DNA of 64,000 bases from an uncultured delta proteobacterium (GTDB lineage Bacteria > Myxococcota_A > Polyangia > Polyangiales > Houyiibacteriaceae): NCBI GenBank assembly GCA_963792825.1, contig CAWBXS010000005.1:320407-384406 (forward strand), given 5' to 3'. The stretch's first letter is position 1; each line of letters begins with the position of its first letter. Under the pieces are notes generated by a model. The model saw only the letters and a program-made list of their open reading frames with translations. It made no database searches and was not told where the DNA came from. The translations under genes and the position numbers were made by a program. This document shows positions 37,701 to 48,300 of the stretch, in pieces.

Positions 37701-40700
37701 TCACTCAGGAAACAGCTGGCGTCTTTTCACGACCAAGTCGACTCGGCGAATGCGCCCACTGCGCAAAAAGAGCTCCGCGCTCAGCTCGATCGGCAGCATC
37801 GGTTCCGTCAGCTTCCGCTCACTGCCATCGTCTTTCGTGACGATCACCGACGCTTCAGCGGAATCGTCCAAACGATACACGAAGGGTACCTGACACCAGG
37901 TGAATGCCAATCCTGAATCGGGAACGGTGAGCTCCTGCCACTGGTCATCCACGTCGAGGAAGCGGAAGGTGCGCGGGTTTGCGACGAATTCGCGTGCCCG
38001 CAGCAAGCCCACCTCGAAGGTCACCGCACCGTCGCGGATGCGCACGCCCAGCTCACCAAAGCGGGTCAATATCTCTTCCTTGACCATGCCGGTCATTCCC
38101 GGCTGCTGGGCGCCGGCGTGCTTCGGCGTGTTCGAATAGGGGTCCGTCGGGAAGGCGCCGTATTGGTCCGGGGTCTTGTTGAATCCGAGGCCCTCACGAA
38201 CGCGATAATACAGCCGACCCAGCCGATGCCGCGTTTCTTCGTCCGTCCCGTCAGCCAGGGCGACGAAAAAATTCTCCTGTGCGACGAGCAACAACTTGGA
38301 AACCATGTGCCAATAGACACAGCCCAGCCCCTCATAACCAAACATCGTACCGGAGCGCCCGGTGAACGCTTTGTGGTTGAACACCTGCTCGTAGAGCTCC
38401 AGCAAAGGTTGGCGGGCACGTTGAGCTTCGTCCCCATACACTGGTGCTAGCTCGTCGAGCCGCGCAATCAGATCGCTCCCATTGCGTAAGTCTGCGTTGA
38501 AGCGGTAGCACCCGTCTCGATCTCGCAGAACGATGCTGTCATCGCCGCCTTCGAGCATCTGCTCGAGCAGCGGAATCGACCGAAACCGTTCAGCCGGGAT
38601 TCGGTTCTTCTCTAGGAAATTCGGCAACGGACGATCGGGATACAACATGAAGCTGCGCACGTCGGTCCGATACATCTCGCTCTCGAACAGGGTCTCGAGC
38701 AAATCGGCTGCCTTTGCCGGTGCGATGGCGCCTGAGCTGAGCACGGCAACCTGACCTTCGAGCATCGCGTAGAGGCGTTCGATTTCGATCGCGCCTGATT
38801 TCAAGCCCAGCAGATTGTAGGCGTGATACATGCCGTCCTCGCGCCGGTTGTGCCCAATGCTGTGATCGATCGCGGCCAGCGCATCGTCCAGCATCTGCCA
38901 AACCTGCGGAAGTGGTTGCTGCACCGTGCCGGAGAACCTCTCCTGTCGGTACACCGCTTGCCGGTAGTCGGATGCTGCCCGTCCGAGCCGAGCGAGCAAC
39001 CGGTATCGCGTCTCGGCGCTCACCGGGGAAGCCCCTAGCTTCGGTCGTACCTCACTCAACGACGCGGCAGTTTCCTCGAGCCATCCACTGACTTCTCGCG
39101 ACATGCTCACCCCGGGCGGCGCCTGCGCCAACAACCGCCGAAGGAAGACGACGTATCGGCGCATGTAGCACAGCGTCACCATGGAAAGTCCATGACCGAC
39201 CAAGGCGTTGTTGGCGTCGTTCCACTCCGGACGCTGCGTGTTGAGCCAAATGCCTCCGTCCAGCACGAAGTTGCCGAGCTTGCTCAGCAGCGGCACCAAC
39301 AGCTTCTCGAAGAGGTTGACTTGGCATACCTCACCGTTGGCATCGAAAATCAGCTTGCCGTCGGCGCCCTTGGCAGCCACCCGATGTTCGATCCGCTGCG
39401 CCGCTTCCTCGTCGTAGAGGACGGTGCTCTTGGCATTCTCGAGCAAGCTTTCGAACGGCTTGATTCGGTAAGGAACGTTGGCGTAGCTGAACACGGGCCG
39501 GCTCAACAAGGCAACGAGACGCTTTGGATGGAACCGGTTGGAAAGCTCCAGCAGCTTCAACAAATAGATGATCTGGTGATCGCCCCAATAGCCGATGTAG
39601 CTCCATGGGTCGTCCGGCTCTTCGACTTCCCAATCGATGCCTTCGTTGCTGATCCGGTACGGGTTGTAACCATCGACCGTCGTTGCGTTGAGGAATTTGG
39701 CGATCACGCTTTCGACGAACTCCGGAAAACTGAACGTCAACGCCTCCCAATTCTGAAAAATGTCACGCCAGTTGCCTTGATAGGACAGTAACCTGTCGCC
39801 GCGGTCGTCCTTCAGCTGAATTTCGAACTGGTTCCAGGGTCGACTGGGGTCGCCGTGACGGCGTCCAAACGTGATCGGAAGGTACTCTCGGGTCAGGCGC
39901 TCCAGCTCGGGGTCGCCCAAAGCCTCGACGGCCGATAACAAGTCCGTGTAGCGAAGCTTTTCGGGCAGTGCGCCGAGCGCTGTCTGATGGCGTCCGAACA
40001 CATCCCGATTGAACATCTCGAGGGTGCGGCGGAAATCCCGTGAGGACACTTGATACTGATCGTCGAAGGTGCCACCGCGCAGAACGTTGAACAACACATT
40101 GGCATAATGGTGCGCCGATACGTTTTCCTCGGCGGTCGCCTGGAATGCGTCTGAGCCAGCCATGATGCGGGCCAGCTCGTCCGAGCCCTCGCCTACCGAT
40201 CGGGCGATCGCCTCCGTCAATGCCGCCGGGTCACTGAGCTCGTGGAGGAGGCTCACCACCTGCGCCTGGCTCTGCTCGATGTCGGCCACGATCTGCCAGC
40301 GCCGAGATGCCTGCGGTGCGAGGTTCAGTGATGCATGGACCAGATAAGCCCCGCGGACGCCCCGTGTGTGGAGCTCCTGGATCAGGGGCTTTCCGCGGCG
40401 AAAGCGTTCGAGCTGGGCTTCGGAAAGCAGCACCTCGTGTCCGTCGAGGCCCAGGCAAAATACCGTCGTAGCTTTGAGCGACTCGCAGGGCTCGGCTCGG
40501 TCCGTGATTCCAGAATAAAGCGTGTACAAAGCGAGCCCTTTGTCCACGATCAGCTCGTTCCATTTGTAAGCGTCTACCAAATTGCTGGTATTGGTCTGCG
40601 CAAATCGCGGAGTCCCGGCCGGTAGAATGTTTTGCAACCCATCGACCAGATCGATGCTGCGTTCTTGCCCGGCGAGGTTTTGCAATTCGCATTCGCGTAC

Positions 40701-41150
40701 GAACCCGTAAGCGTCGCTGGTCGACCACCAGTACCGGAACGAGAGCTGCAAATCGTGGTTGATCTCTTCGAAGCACAGCTTGTTTCCCAAGACGTTCTTG
40801 TAGAGGTTGCGGCTCGTCGAATAGCCATCTTGGTGCGCTCGATTGAATGGCTCCCATTCATGCCGCTGCCCGTCTGCGCCCGTGCTGATCAGCGTCTTGC
40901 TGCCCGTGTGCGAATGGCTTTCGTGTATCTTGTCGACCGTGATGTATGGGAACAGCGCGGTCTCCGGGGACACCCGGCCCGCGGTGAGCCCGCCAGTCGA
41001 GGAAATGAACAGCCAGTGGTCGGAATTGGAGACCAGGCTGATGAAGAACGGGGCCATCTCGTCGACGTTTCGGATGGCGTAATACCGCTCCCCGGCCAGA
41101 GTCAGAAACTCGCCGGACACCTCATCGTCGGGGCTGGAGGATCGATTCAT
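37701..41150 (-). CDS. GH149-like beta-1,3-glucan phosphorylase
   Basis: 1149 aa, no signal peptide; MAPFFISLVSNSDHWLFISSTGGLTAGR, FGRRHGDPSRPWN, YQGNWRDIFQNWE, QRPEWNDANNAL, GAFPTDPYS; beta-glucan context. Confidence 0.85.
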   Translation of the reverse strand: MNRSSSPDDEVSGEFLTLAGERYYAIRNVDEMAPFFISLVSNSDHWLFISSTGGLTAGRVSPETALFPYITVDKIHESHSHTGSKTLISTGADGQRHEWEPFNRAHQDGYSTSRNLYKNVLGNKLCFEEINHDLQLSFRYWWSTSDAYGFVRECELQNLAGQERSIDLVDGLQNILPAGTPRFAQTNTSNLVDAYKWNELIVDKGLALYTLYSGITDRAEPCESLKATTVFCLGLDGHEVLLSEAQLERFRRGKPLIQELHTRGVRGAYLVHASLNLAPQASRRWQIVADIEQSQAQVVSLLHELSDPAALTEAIARSVGEGSDELARIMAGSDAFQATAEENVSAHHYANVLFNVLRGGTFDDQYQVSSRDFRRTLEMFNRDVFGRHQTALGALPEKLRYTDLLSAVEALGDPELERLTREYLPITFGRRHGDPSRPWNQFEIQLKDDRGDRLLSYQGNWRDIFQNWEALTFSFPEFVESVIAKFLNATTVDGYNPYRISNEGIDWEVEEPDDPWSYIGYWGDHQIIYLLKLLELSNRFHPKRLVALLSRPVFSYANVPYRIKPFESLLENAKSTVLYDEEAAQRIEHRVAAKGADGKLIFDANGEVCQVNLFEKLLVPLLSKLGNFVLDGGIWLNTQRPEWNDANNALVGHGLSMVTLCYMRRYVVFLRRLLAQAPPGVSMSREVSGWLEETAASLSEVRPKLGASPVSAETRYRLLARLGRAASDYRQAVYRQERFSGTVQQPLPQVWQMLDDALAAIDHSIGHNRREDGMYHAYNLLGLKSGAIEIERLYAMLEGQVAVLSSGAIAPAKAADLLETLFESEMYRTDVRSFMLYPDRPLPNFLEKNRIPAERFRSIPLLEQMLEGGDDSIVLRDRDGCYRFNADLRNGSDLIARLDELAPVYGDEAQRARQPLLELYEQVFNHKAFTGRSGTMFGYEGLGCVYWHMVSKLLLVAQENFFVALADGTDEETRHRLGRLYYRVREGLGFNKTPDQYGAFPTDPYSNTPKHAGAQQPGMTGMVKEEILTRFGELGVRIRDGAVTFEVGLLRAREFVANPRTFRFLDVDDQWQELTVPDSGLAFTWCQVPFVYRLDDSAEASVIVTKDDGSERKLTEPMLPIELSAELFLRSGRIRRVDLVVKRRQLFPE

Positions 41151-41233
41151 GTCTCAGGGTCTTCGCTTCGTCGAAAACGCGCGTAGGCCGGCGACTCAAA
41201 GAGCCGCCGGCCCAGCCACGATGCGAACGCAGC

Positions 41234-42067
41234 TCAGGGCGCCGTGGCTCCGACGACGTTGTCGTAGAAGTTCCCCGAGTCCTCGAAGTCCTTCGCGAGC
41301 GTCTGGAACCCAAACTGGAGGAACTGGCCTTCGAGAGCCGGGTCGGTCAGGTCCAAAGTAACTGTGTAGGAGGCCCAGCTGACCGGCAAGCTCGTTGTAT
41401 CCAGCACCTCGTTGTTGGTCGTGTCGGAGCCAGCGATCGTCTTGATGAACGCTTGCGCCGTCGTGGATCCCCCGATGTTGCCGCGTTTGGCATCGAAGGT
41501 GAACGTGAATGTCTGCCCGATGAAATCCGCAGGAATCGTGAGTTGTTGGAAGACGATGGTCTCGACCAGGTCGGTGCCATTCCTATGTCCTTGGTCGGGG
41601 TTTCCGCAGCATTCGTAGTTGCTAAACACGACGAGCTGGTTTGCGCCCTGATCGGGGCCGCCTTCACCGGTCGGGATGCCCGAGATTTGGCCGGAGGTGG
41701 TCGGCGCGGCGAATGGACCAAAGCCGAATTTGAACGTTCCGTCCCCCTGATACACGTTGCCGAAGTAGAGCCAGCCGTCATCCTCGAGCGCTGTCGCCCC
41801 TGCAGGGTCGAGCGACTCGAAGTCCTGCTCGTACACTACATTCGCTTGACTACCGCCGGTGCCGCCAGCGCCGCCGGTGCCGCCAGCGCCGCCGCTGCCA
41901 CCGGTGCCGCCAGCGCCGCCGCTGCCACCGGTGCCGCCAGCGCCGCCGCTACCGCCCGTGCCTGCCGTGCCGCCCGAGCCTCCCGTACCATTGCCGCTAC
42001 TTTCGCCGCACCCATAGACTGCGAGCGTCGCAAACAGAATCATGAATAGTGTCTTCTTCATCCTCAT
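41234..42067 (-). CDS. Lipoprotein with a single copy of the locus-specific putative glycan-binding domain
   Basis: RBS AGGAG, lipobox VYGC, GGTGGS linker, YEQDFE...FDAKRGNI...FYDNV. Confidence 0.85.
   Translation of the reverse strand: MRMKKTLFMILFATLAVYGCGESSGNGTGGSGGTAGTGGSGGAGGTGGSGGAGGTGGSGGAGGTGGAGGTGGSQANVVYEQDFESLDPAGATALEDDGWLYFGNVYQGDGTFKFGFGPFAAPTTSGQISGIPTGEGGPDQGANQLVVFSNYECCGNPDQGHRNGTDLVETIVFQQLTIPADFIGQTFTFTFDAKRGNIGGSTTAQAFIKTIAGSDTTNNEVLDTTSLPVSWASYTVTLDLTDPALEGQFLQFGFQTLAKDFEDSGNFYDNVVGATAP
41853..41985. repeat. Coding tandem repeat (18/27-bp units) encoding a GGTGGSGGA linker
   Basis: Repeated GCCGCCAGCGCCGCCGCTGCCACCGGT. Confidence 0.8.
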
Positions 42068-42185
42068 CTCCTACCTGGTTTCGCCATGCGAAACATTAGA
42101 CTTGCCCGACCTGTCAGAACCTCTGAAGCCACAGGGAGCTCCGCGCAACGCCATGCACGCTCACGCATCCGCCGATCGCTTTGGT

Positions 42186-44717
42186 TCAAGGGGTGAAATA
42201 GCCTGCACCTTGATATAAGGGGTCGTTGCAGGCCGAGCCCGCTGGCGTGTCGCACAGCACGTAAAGTGGCATCCGGTCCTCGTCCCAGAAGCCCCAGCCA
42301 TCGTCCGTTGCCTTCCAGGCTTCGTCGAAGGCCTCGAAGATGAAGAGCGTCAAAGGCCCGCCCGGGGAACGTTCCCACCCTCGCATCAGGTCGTAGTACC
42401 ACTTGGCGTTGACGGGATTCGCGGCATAGGTCTCGATTTCTTGAGCTAGGTTGGTCTGCCGCCACTTCCAGCCGGTTTCGCCGACCACGATCGGCAAGGA
42501 CTCACCGATCGTCACGGTCGTCCCCGACGCATCGACGTACTGGTAGTCGGAGACCGCTCGGTAGTTGGCCTGGGCCACGGCGAGCGCCTCGTTCATCATG
42601 GCTTCCGCGCGAAGAGGGCCGGCCGGCACCCCTTCCTGCTTCCAGTCCCACTGCCGGTAATTGGTGATTGGGTACATGTGGATGGCCACGAAGTCGAGCA
42701 GCGGCAGGACGGTATCCGGCTTTCTGCTGCCGCCGAGCGTTTGGCCCGCGTAGAACGTGTAGTCGTCGTCGGCCGTGACCGGCTGCGTCACGTTGTTTCG
42801 GGTTTCGGTGATGTATCCCTCGAGGCAGTTCAAGGGCATGAAGCCCGCGAAGAACGAGGTCTCGTTGCCGACGCTGACCGTGACGACGTTGGAGTAGGTG
42901 TTGGCCAGGCGGATGGCGGTTTCGACCTGGGAGTCGTTGAGCATGCTGTCGCAGTTCTGGGCAGCGGCGCCAGCGAGGCCCTCGAGAAAGAGACCCTGCT
43001 GAAATTGCATGTCGGGGTAGCTCGCAGCGGCGAGCTGCAGGATCTTCTCGGAGACCGCGTCTCCGCCGAACAGGCGCAGGAGGTTGTAGCCCGCGGTCTG
43101 CAGCAGACCGAGGTCTTCGAGGATGTCGGCATCGCTTGGGATTTCCCCGGCACCTGGCCCGCCGGCCCGGTAGGGGCTGTAGTTGGTCGCCTTGCCGGTC
43201 GTGTAGATCTCGGGGAGCGGTCGCAATTCGCCTCCACCGCCACCAAGCAAGCGAGCCTCGACGTTGTCGTAGAAGATGCCTGAACCCTCGAAGCTCGACG
43301 CGGTATTCCGGAAGCCAACCTGCAGAATCTGACCTTCGAGAAGCGGGTCGGTCAGCTCCAATTCAATCGAGTAGCGGTCCCAGGTCGTAGGCACGCTGGT
43401 CAGGTCGACGGGCACGAAGTTGGTCTGGGAGAAGCCCGCGTTCGGGTCCAGCGTGGTGATGAACGCCGACGCAGTCGTGGCGCCCTCGATGTTGCCTCGC
43501 TTCGCGTCGAAGCTGAACTCGAGCGTCCGGCCGATGAACGAGCTCGGAATCGGATTGATTTCCTGGAAGACGTTGATCTCGACCCGGTCGGTGCCATTGA
43601 GGTGCCCACTATTGGGCTGGCAACAATTGTAGTCGTTGAAGATGCTCAGTTGTTGCGTGCCTTGCGGTGCATCGCCTTCACCGGTCACCACCGCCGAGAT
43701 GAACGTATCGGTCGGGCTTACCGTGGCGTTGGGTGCGTCGATCGGACCATAGGGAAACAGCAGGGTCCCGCCGTCGTCAAACACGTTGCCGAAGAACACC
43801 CAGCCGTCATCGCTGAGCGCCGTGGCGCTGTTGGCGTCGAGCAACTCGAAATTTTGTTCGTAGAGTACTTGGGATACCCCGCCTGACCCTCCGGTGCCGG
43901 CCGTGCCACCGCTCCCCGCCGTGCCACCGGTGCCAGCCGTGCCACCGGTCCCCGCGGTCCCGCCAGTGCCGCCCGCACCTGAGCTATCTTCTTTCGTGAA
44001 ATACAGGTTGTCGATCAGCATCCGGTCTCCGGCTCGACGAGTCGGCGCGCTGATGATGAAGGGCGAACGAACGTTGCTCGGATCCCACCCACGATCGATG
44101 GCGTCCTGAAGCGGGATCCGAAGGAAATGCCACTGCCCGTCGTTGGCGTAGCCGTAGCTCCGCGGATCGAGGGTGACGCTTCTGGGGTCCGGGGGCGGCT
44201 CGTTCGGTCGGGTGGTCGCAGACTGAAGCGTGAGATCGAACCTTTCGAAGGAAGCGTCGCTCGACTTGAAACCGACATACATCGTCGTCCATTCCGACAG
44301 GTCGATGGCCTCCCCCCAGAGAATGCCAGCACCCCAAAACGGCTGAGTGTTGGTCGAGAACTCGATGGAGATCAACCCTTCGAGCCGATCCCGCGATGGG
44401 AACTGAGAGCCCGTCAAGGTCCCGGCCGGCCGGTTCAAATCGACGACGAAGATGAAATAATTGGTGGTCACGCTGTTGATCGGAATCGTCTCCGAACGGC
44501 CACCTTCGTAGAAGTAGCCCACCGACAGCCGCTCCTCGCCAGGCTGATAGGGGTCGGGCGGGACGGGCGGAAACGGGTCGAATGGCCCTTGAATGCGATC
44601 TCGAAGGCCGACCTGACCCGAGTAGTCGGGCGTTCCGAGGTCGGTGGTGCAGCCGCCTACCAGGCTGAGGGCGAGCAGCAGGTCGGTCCAAACGAGGTGT
44701 CTCCGTGTTAGCGGCAT
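42186..44717 (-). CDS. Modular lipoprotein: CBM-like domain + locus-specific domain + GH17
   Basis: Lipobox VGGC; YGYANDGQWHFLRIPL; GH17 motifs NYSPYR, VSVGNE, VGETGW, FEAFDEAWK. Confidence 0.85.
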   Translation of the reverse strand: MPLTRRHLVWTDLLLALSLVGGCTTDLGTPDYSGQVGLRDRIQGPFDPFPPVPPDPYQPGEERLSVGYFYEGGRSETIPINSVTTNYFIFVVDLNRPAGTLTGSQFPSRDRLEGLISIEFSTNTQPFWGAGILWGEAIDLSEWTTMYVGFKSSDASFERFDLTLQSATTRPNEPPPDPRSVTLDPRSYGYANDGQWHFLRIPLQDAIDRGWDPSNVRSPFIISAPTRRAGDRMLIDNLYFTKEDSSGAGGTGGTAGTGGTAGTGGTAGSGGTAGTGGSGGVSQVLYEQNFELLDANSATALSDDGWVFFGNVFDDGGTLLFPYGPIDAPNATVSPTDTFISAVVTGEGDAPQGTQQLSIFNDYNCCQPNSGHLNGTDRVEINVFQEINPIPSSFIGRTLEFSFDAKRGNIEGATTASAFITTLDPNAGFSQTNFVPVDLTSVPTTWDRYSIELELTDPLLEGQILQVGFRNTASSFEGSGIFYDNVEARLLGGGGGELRPLPEIYTTGKATNYSPYRAGGPGAGEIPSDADILEDLGLLQTAGYNLLRLFGGDAVSEKILQLAAASYPDMQFQQGLFLEGLAGAAAQNCDSMLNDSQVETAIRLANTYSNVVTVSVGNETSFFAGFMPLNCLEGYITETRNNVTQPVTADDDYTFYAGQTLGGSRKPDTVLPLLDFVAIHMYPITNYRQWDWKQEGVPAGPLRAEAMMNEALAVAQANYRAVSDYQYVDASGTTVTIGESLPIVVGETGWKWRQTNLAQEIETYAANPVNAKWYYDLMRGWERSPGGPLTLFIFEAFDEAWKATDDGWGFWDEDRMPLYVLCDTPAGSACNDPLYQGAGYFTP

Positions 44718-45313
44718 TTGAAATCTCGATCCAGGGGATCGGTCCCCGTGCTCCGTACCGCAGTGGGATTTCCCAAGCTGTCCTCCACCACGACCCAGTC
44801 GCCTTGAACCACCCCTCCGAGGTCCAGAATTTGCTCATACGCGAGCGTCGCGAACCTTATCGGGACCGTCCCGGAGGCATCGAACAACAACGATTCGGGA
44901 AAGCAGTCCAGCACGGCCTGAAACCCAGCGACGGCCATTCGTCGGACCGTCTCTCGGTCTTCCTCCGCAACCTCGTTGGAGTCGTAGAGATCACGGAGCT
45001 TGACCGCCGTGAAGAACTGGTTTTCTCCGATCGGGATCTTCGCCAGCACCGTCGCCCAGGCGTAGAAGGCGCCCGCGTTGCCCCCATCACCGAGGATTTG
45101 GAACTTCGTCTCGTCGCTGACCCCAGACTCGCGGAACGGGTTGCGCGGGTTGTTGAGGGTGACTTTGGACGGGTGAATGCCCTCCGTCGGGTCGAAGAGC
45201 TCGAACTCGATGCCGGTCGTATTGAAGCCGAACTCATAAACAGGGTCATCTCCGCATGCAACGGCGACGAGCAAGAGCCCTAGCAACGACGATTTAATAT
45301 ACGAACTGCACAT
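44708..45313 (-). CDS. Hypothetical lipoprotein overlapping both neighbours
   Basis: Lipobox AVAC; helical segment FYAWATVLAKIPIGENQFFTA; 20-bp and 10-bp overlaps with flanking genes. Confidence 0.75.
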   Translation of the reverse strand: MCSSYIKSSLLGLLLVAVACGDDPVYEFGFNTTGIEFELFDPTEGIHPSKVTLNNPRNPFRESGVSDETKFQILGDGGNAGAFYAWATVLAKIPIGENQFFTAVKLRDLYDSNEVAEEDRETVRRMAVAGFQAVLDCFPESLLFDASGTVPIRFATLAYEQILDLGGVVQGDWVVVEDSLGNPTAVRSTGTDPLDRDFKCR

Positions 45314-48300
45314 AAGTCTTGATCTCCCATTCGCGACCCTTGCGGCCGGGATTTCGAGGATCGATGAGGTATCGACCGGAGAATTTGTCGAGATTTCGAA
45401 ACTGCCCACGCACGCCGAATCTCGTGGAGGCGGGGGCGTACATCCGGGGCGGTTCCACTGCGTAGGAGAAATCGAGCATGGCTTGCAGCGGGAACGTCAG
45501 GTTGAAGTCCTTGTAGTAGTCGTAGGGCCCCCAATCGTTGAACTTGAGGTGGTAGTTGATGTTGAACGTGCCGTACTTGTACCAGCCGTACGTGCCAAAG
45601 CGCGTCACCGTGCGAGGACTGTCGCCGTTGGCTTGGCCTTGCCCGACGTAGATCCAGTTCACCAAGCGCATCTTGTAGGTGAAGTTGGTGACGGTCCGCA
45701 GACTCACGTCCCAAAGGTTTCTGGCCGGCGCGCTGGTCAAGAACGCAAACAGGATCAAGTCCTGGTTGATGGCCACGGCGGAGTCCTGGGCCGTGGGCAA
45801 AATCTTGTAAACGAAATCGAGCGCCGCGCTGAATTTGGCGTCCTCGCGCTCCAGGTTGTCCCAAGCCCAGAGCTGGGTCGCCGGCGTCGGGTCGAAGCCC
45901 AGCAGCAGCTCGAGACCATACGTCTCCCGATTCGAGCGAACCCAGAACGGATCCTCGAGCTGGTTTCTGCCTTTGACCCCCGGATAGTACGTGCCGGTTA
46001 CCGGATCGAAGAGATCGGGGATGACTGGAAGCGGGCCCTCGAGGGGCCTTTGCACCAAGAAATTCGGTCCTATCACGAACTTGCCGGCGTAGTACCCAAG
46101 CCCCGTCGACACCGCCCAGTGATTGCCTTGGCCGCTTTCCTTGAGCGACCAACCGGTAATCGTCATCGTCTGGTCCGCACCGGCATCGCTGACGAGCCCT
46201 CGGTAGCCGCCCTGCACGTACCAAAAGACCGGTGCCGCGTTCAGCGTGAGCTTGGCCTTGCCGCCAAGGGTATCGGCGAAATCGACGGTGTGGTTGCGGA
46301 TGTAGTAACCTGAGTCCAGGTACGTGGGCCCGTCCGCTTGGCGCGCGGTTTGGTACGCATCGCCGATGAAGTTCGAACGCGCCGTGATGCCGCCGAGCTC
46401 CAGAGTGACCCGACGGCTCGCGTAGCCGAAGTACAAGGTGCTCTTTCGGCTCTTTGGCTGTGGAATGACCGAGCTCGCAATGCCCGATGCTTGCTGGGCG
46501 ATGTCTTCTTGGTGCATCACCGCGAACTTGAAGTCGCCGAAGACGCGGTAGTACTTGCCCATGACCGTCGGGTTGGCGCCCCACCAAAGCTGGGGACCAT
46601 ACGCAACCTTGAGTCCGTCGACTTTGTCCTTCCCGGAGAACACGACGCCGAGCGGGGCGTTCGCGTTGTAGATGTCGATGTCGTACTGCTGGTGCACCTC
46701 GGGGTAGAGGCCAAAGAAGTCTCCCTCGTAGCCCCAGTGGTAGTGCCCCTCGCCACGAAAGAAGCTCTCGAGCAAGAAGTACTTGCTGTCCCAATCGAAG
46801 GAGGCCTCGTAGACCTGGAAGCGGTTGAATCCCGTGAGGTCGCGGACGACGCCAGACTCGTCTACGATCCCGACGGGAATACCCCGATTTTCGTAGAAGA
46901 TCTCGTTGATTGGATTCAGGGCCACGTTCCCGAGCCCGTTGACCACCACCTCGGCTCGCACGCCGGCAAACGGCTTGACCTCCACGCCAACATAGAACGA
47001 TTCGGTATGGTCGAAGCGAGTTTCCTCTCTGAGTGGGTTGTTGAGCTGGCGGCCGCCGGTCGTATAGGTATCGAAGTCAACCCGCAGCTTGCTGACGCGC
47101 GCCCAGCCTAGCTCCGTGAGCCTGGACTCCGCATCGTCGTACGATCTCGGCCCGAGCCTCCCGAAGTGTTGGCGGATTTTCTCGATGCTGGTGTCCGAGG
47201 CGTAAGGATCGAGCGTGAAGGCGTCCTGTAAGAGATAGTACGCGGCTCTCGGATACACCGTGTAGATCCCGTCGACATTGGGTTTCCCCTTCGCCGCGAT
47301 CCCGAACCACTCCTCGTTCATGTTGTTTTGGCCCTCGACCCAGTCGGATAGGTACGCTTGGTTCGACCAGGACGCGGTGGTGTCGTGCTTGTCGAGGTTG
47401 ATCTCTTGCTGGTACTTCCACCAGCCGTCGCTCCATTGAAAGATCATGCCGCCGATGGCGTTCCCGACCCTGCCCTTGCCGTAACTCTGCTCGTAGATCT
47501 CCTGCCAAAGAGATCGCAGATACTGCGCCTGGGCAACCTGATCTTCCCGCCCGGTCTTGGCATTGAACGCATCGGAGCCAAACTCGGTGTACATGAGCGG
47601 ACGGCCGAGCTCCTTGTCCACGCGCTCGAAAAGGTCGCCCGACGACATGCCGCGATAGACGTTGGTGCCGAACACATCGATGTTCGGGCATTCCTTCTTG
47701 ATGACCTCGAGAAATCCGAGGTCGCCGTTGGCCATCGACACCGGGTGGTTCTGGTCGAGCGAGTGAATCAGGTCGGTGACTTCTCCCATCAAGGAGTACA
47801 AGAAGGTCGCGCGTGCATCACCCTGCGATTCCTCGGGCAGGTCTTCGATCTCGCTGGACTTCCAGTAGAGCCCGTAGTTGTTCTCGTTGCCAAGCAGCCA
47901 CATCAACAAGCCGGGCGTGTCTTTGTACCGGGCAGCCAGCTCCGTGATCTGCTCTTTGATCAGCGCGCGAAAGCGCTCGTCGGAATAGTCGACCGGGTTG
48001 ACCCAGACGCCGTCGATGTTCATCCCGTAACGGCCCATGTCGTGGTTGATGACCGTATAGATCCCGTATTTCTCGTAGATGTAGGTGATCCATCGGGGAG
48101 GAATGCCCCCGAGGGCGGTCACGTACTGCCGAATGACATTGACGTGCATGTCCTTCAGCCACCGCATCTCGGCGTCGAGTGCTTGGATGATCACCTCGTC
48201 GGGCTTGCCCCAAAAGTCGTAGGTGTAGTTTTGGCCGATCGGCATGTAGTCCCAGTTCATGCCGAACACCATCGTAGGCTTGCCGTCGACGAGGAGCTGG